6,583 bases of DNA from a virus, in the IMG/VR virus record IMGVR_UViG_3300033054_000013, positions 1 through 6,583 of that record. One strand, given 5' to 3'. This document shows positions 5,473 to 6,583 of the stretch, piece after piece. Numbering within the stretch: the first letter of the stretch is position 1; every line of letters begins with the position of its first letter. The notes under the pieces are model-generated. The model had not been told where the DNA came from, did no database searches, and saw only the letters and a program-made list of their open reading frames with translations. Made by a program: the position numbers and the translations under genes.

Positions 5473-6583
5473 CCCCCTCCGGCGAGTTCCCCAAGGACGT
5501 GAACGCCTATGACCGGCACGACTGGCTGCTGCTGGGCGTTGAGGCGCAGGACGGCGGATCGGAATATGCCCCCACCCCACAGGGGTCATATCACGCACCG
5601 GGGACTATCGGCCCGTGTAGTAACACGGGCCAAAACTCCGGCCTCGTCTCACGTCGCCGGGGGGCCCGAACGAAGCCCCGGGCCAATATCCCGCGCTCTG
5701 GCTCCCCCGGTGATGGGGCGCTGGTCGATTACCTGTCCCTCACGGTGCACGGCGCGGGCGAATTGCTCGCCGCCATGGGCGAGGAAGACTTCGCCGCCAA
5801 GTTCGTCGCAGCCCTGTGCGGGCGCGAGTGCGGTCTAACCGCTGGCGAGTTCACCGGGAATGGCTTTCAGGGTTACACGAACAGCGCGCACGTCATCGCC
5901 TGCACCGGCGAAATCGTCGGCCGCATCGGCGTAGGCGGCAATAACGACACCGTCCATTTCTCCATTTCCGGCGCTGGGTGCGAGGTCATCAACGACTGGC
6001 AGCGCGTGCAAAACGGCGTCCTGACCCTTGGTGCGCGCCTTACCCGCGTCGATCTGGCGTGGGATGACGTGGCCGGCGAAATCTTCAACCCTCGCGACCT
6101 GCATCAGCAGATCATCGCCGGTGACTTGGACGTTCGCGCCGTAGGCCCCGGCAAGCCGCCTAAGACGCGCTTCATTGATGACCATGGCCACCGTACCGGT
6201 ACTACGCTCTACGCGGGCCGCAAGGGCCACAAAGAGCTGTGCATCTACGAAAAGGGGATGCAGCTAGGCGACCGTGATAGCCGCTGGGTGCGCTGCGAAG
6301 TTCGCTTCTGGAACAAGCGGGCCGATCTGCCGGCGTCGATGCTCACTCAACCGCTGGCGTATCTGCGCGCCGCCTACAACGTGTGCGAAGCGATCCCGGC
6401 CAACTGCGCCGACCGCATCCGCACGGTCAAGGCCAAGGTCGAGGCCAACGCGATGGCGTGGGCCCGCTGGATGAACACCCAAGTCGGCGCATCCGTCCGG
6501 CTTCTTTTCTCTGCCATGGGACGCGAGCAAGCCTCGGAGTTCTTGCAGGACTGCATCGCCCGCGAAGGTGTGCCAGGGCGATT
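5469..6583 (+). CDS. Rolling-circle replication initiation protein (Rep_trans-like). N-terminal 371 codons run off the window end; 400 aa once joined to 1..327.
   Basis: It is absent from the ORF track because there is no stop before nt 6583. My own translation of the frame with codon starts at multiples of 3: MTPSGEFPKDVNAY...GALVDYLSLTVHG...RVDLAWDD...TLYAGRKGHKELCIYEKG...RWVRCEVRFW (6204-6308). These blocks match my memory of PF02486 Rep_trans (pT181 RepC and Cf/RSS-type phage initiators). Confidence 0.9.
   Translation, partial: MTPSGEFPKDVNAYDRHDWLLLGVEAQDGGSEYAPTPQGSYHAPGTIGPCSNTGQNSGLVSRRRGARTKPRANIPRSGSPGDGALVDYLSLTVHGAGELLAAMGEEDFAAKFVAALCGRECGLTAGEFTGNGFQGYTNSAHVIACTGEIVGRIGVGGNNDTVHFSISGAGCEVINDWQRVQNGVLTLGARLTRVDLAWDDVAGEIFNPRDLHQQIIAGDLDVRAVGPGKPPKTRFIDDHGHRTGTTLYAGRKGHKELCIYEKGMQLGDRDSRWVRCEVRFWNKRADLPASMLTQPLAYLRAAYNVCEAIPANCADRIRTVKAKVEANAMAWARWMNTQVGASVRLLFSAMGREQASEFLQDCIAREGVPGR
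5564..5631 (+). other. Two adjacent stem-loops inside the rep 5' coding region; candidate origin or nick region.
   Basis: 5564-5591: ATATG-c-CCCC pairs with GGGG-t-CATAT around an 8-nt loop. 5610-5631: GGCCCGTGT pairs with ACACGGGCC, a perfect 9-bp stem with loop AGTA. Confidence 0.3.
6345..6583. repeat. Terminal redundancy, copy B. Exact direct repeat of 1-239.
   Basis: Same as copy A. The offset is exactly 6,344 nt. Confidence 0.97.

Noticed and set aside
5509-6530. ORFs 5509..5838 (+), 5835..6230 (-), 5873..6088 (-), 6264..6530 (-) and 6274..6474 (+).
   Set aside because: All are off-frame or antisense within the Rep_trans-like gene. That gene is the only frame here with recognisable conserved blocks.
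1-6583. Looked for CRISPR arrays, tRNA or rRNA genes, transposase or integrase genes, toxin-antitoxin or defence modules.
   Set aside because: I found no spaced short repeats and no cloverleaf-like or rRNA-like segments. No ORF carries recombinase, nuclease or toxin motifs that I can recognise. The gene content is fully accounted for by an inovirus.

Overview
The window holds one complete, circularly permuted genome of a small GC-rich filamentous ssDNA phage (inovirus). The unit length is 6,344 nt, and nt 1-239 recur exactly at 6345-6583, which looks like wrap-around of a circular molecule. On the + strand the order is: Rep_trans-type rolling-circle initiator (5469..6583, continuing into 1..327), an 81-aa gpV-like ssDNA-binding protein, a 68-aa membrane protein, a 65-aa major coat precursor with a hairpin after it, a 20-aa hydrophobic micro-ORF, a 536-aa Cys-rich pIII-like adsorption protein, a 124-aa pVI-like membrane protein, and a 399-aa Zot/pI-like P-loop assembly ATPase. 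A two-gene leftward module follows: a DUF3653-like small protein and an HTH repressor. A 135-nt divergent control region then drives two translationally coupled small membrane ORFs into rep. I see no secretin, integrase, tRNA, rRNA or CRISPR. With these calls only about 5% of the unit is non-coding. The points most worth checking are the compact switch region, stem-loops inside rep that could be the origin, a dif-like AT island inside the repressor gene, the Cys mini-repeat architecture of the adsorption protein, and several sub-threshold ORFs. I do not see a defence or other exotic system. All family assignments come from motif recognition by eye and memory; no searches were run.
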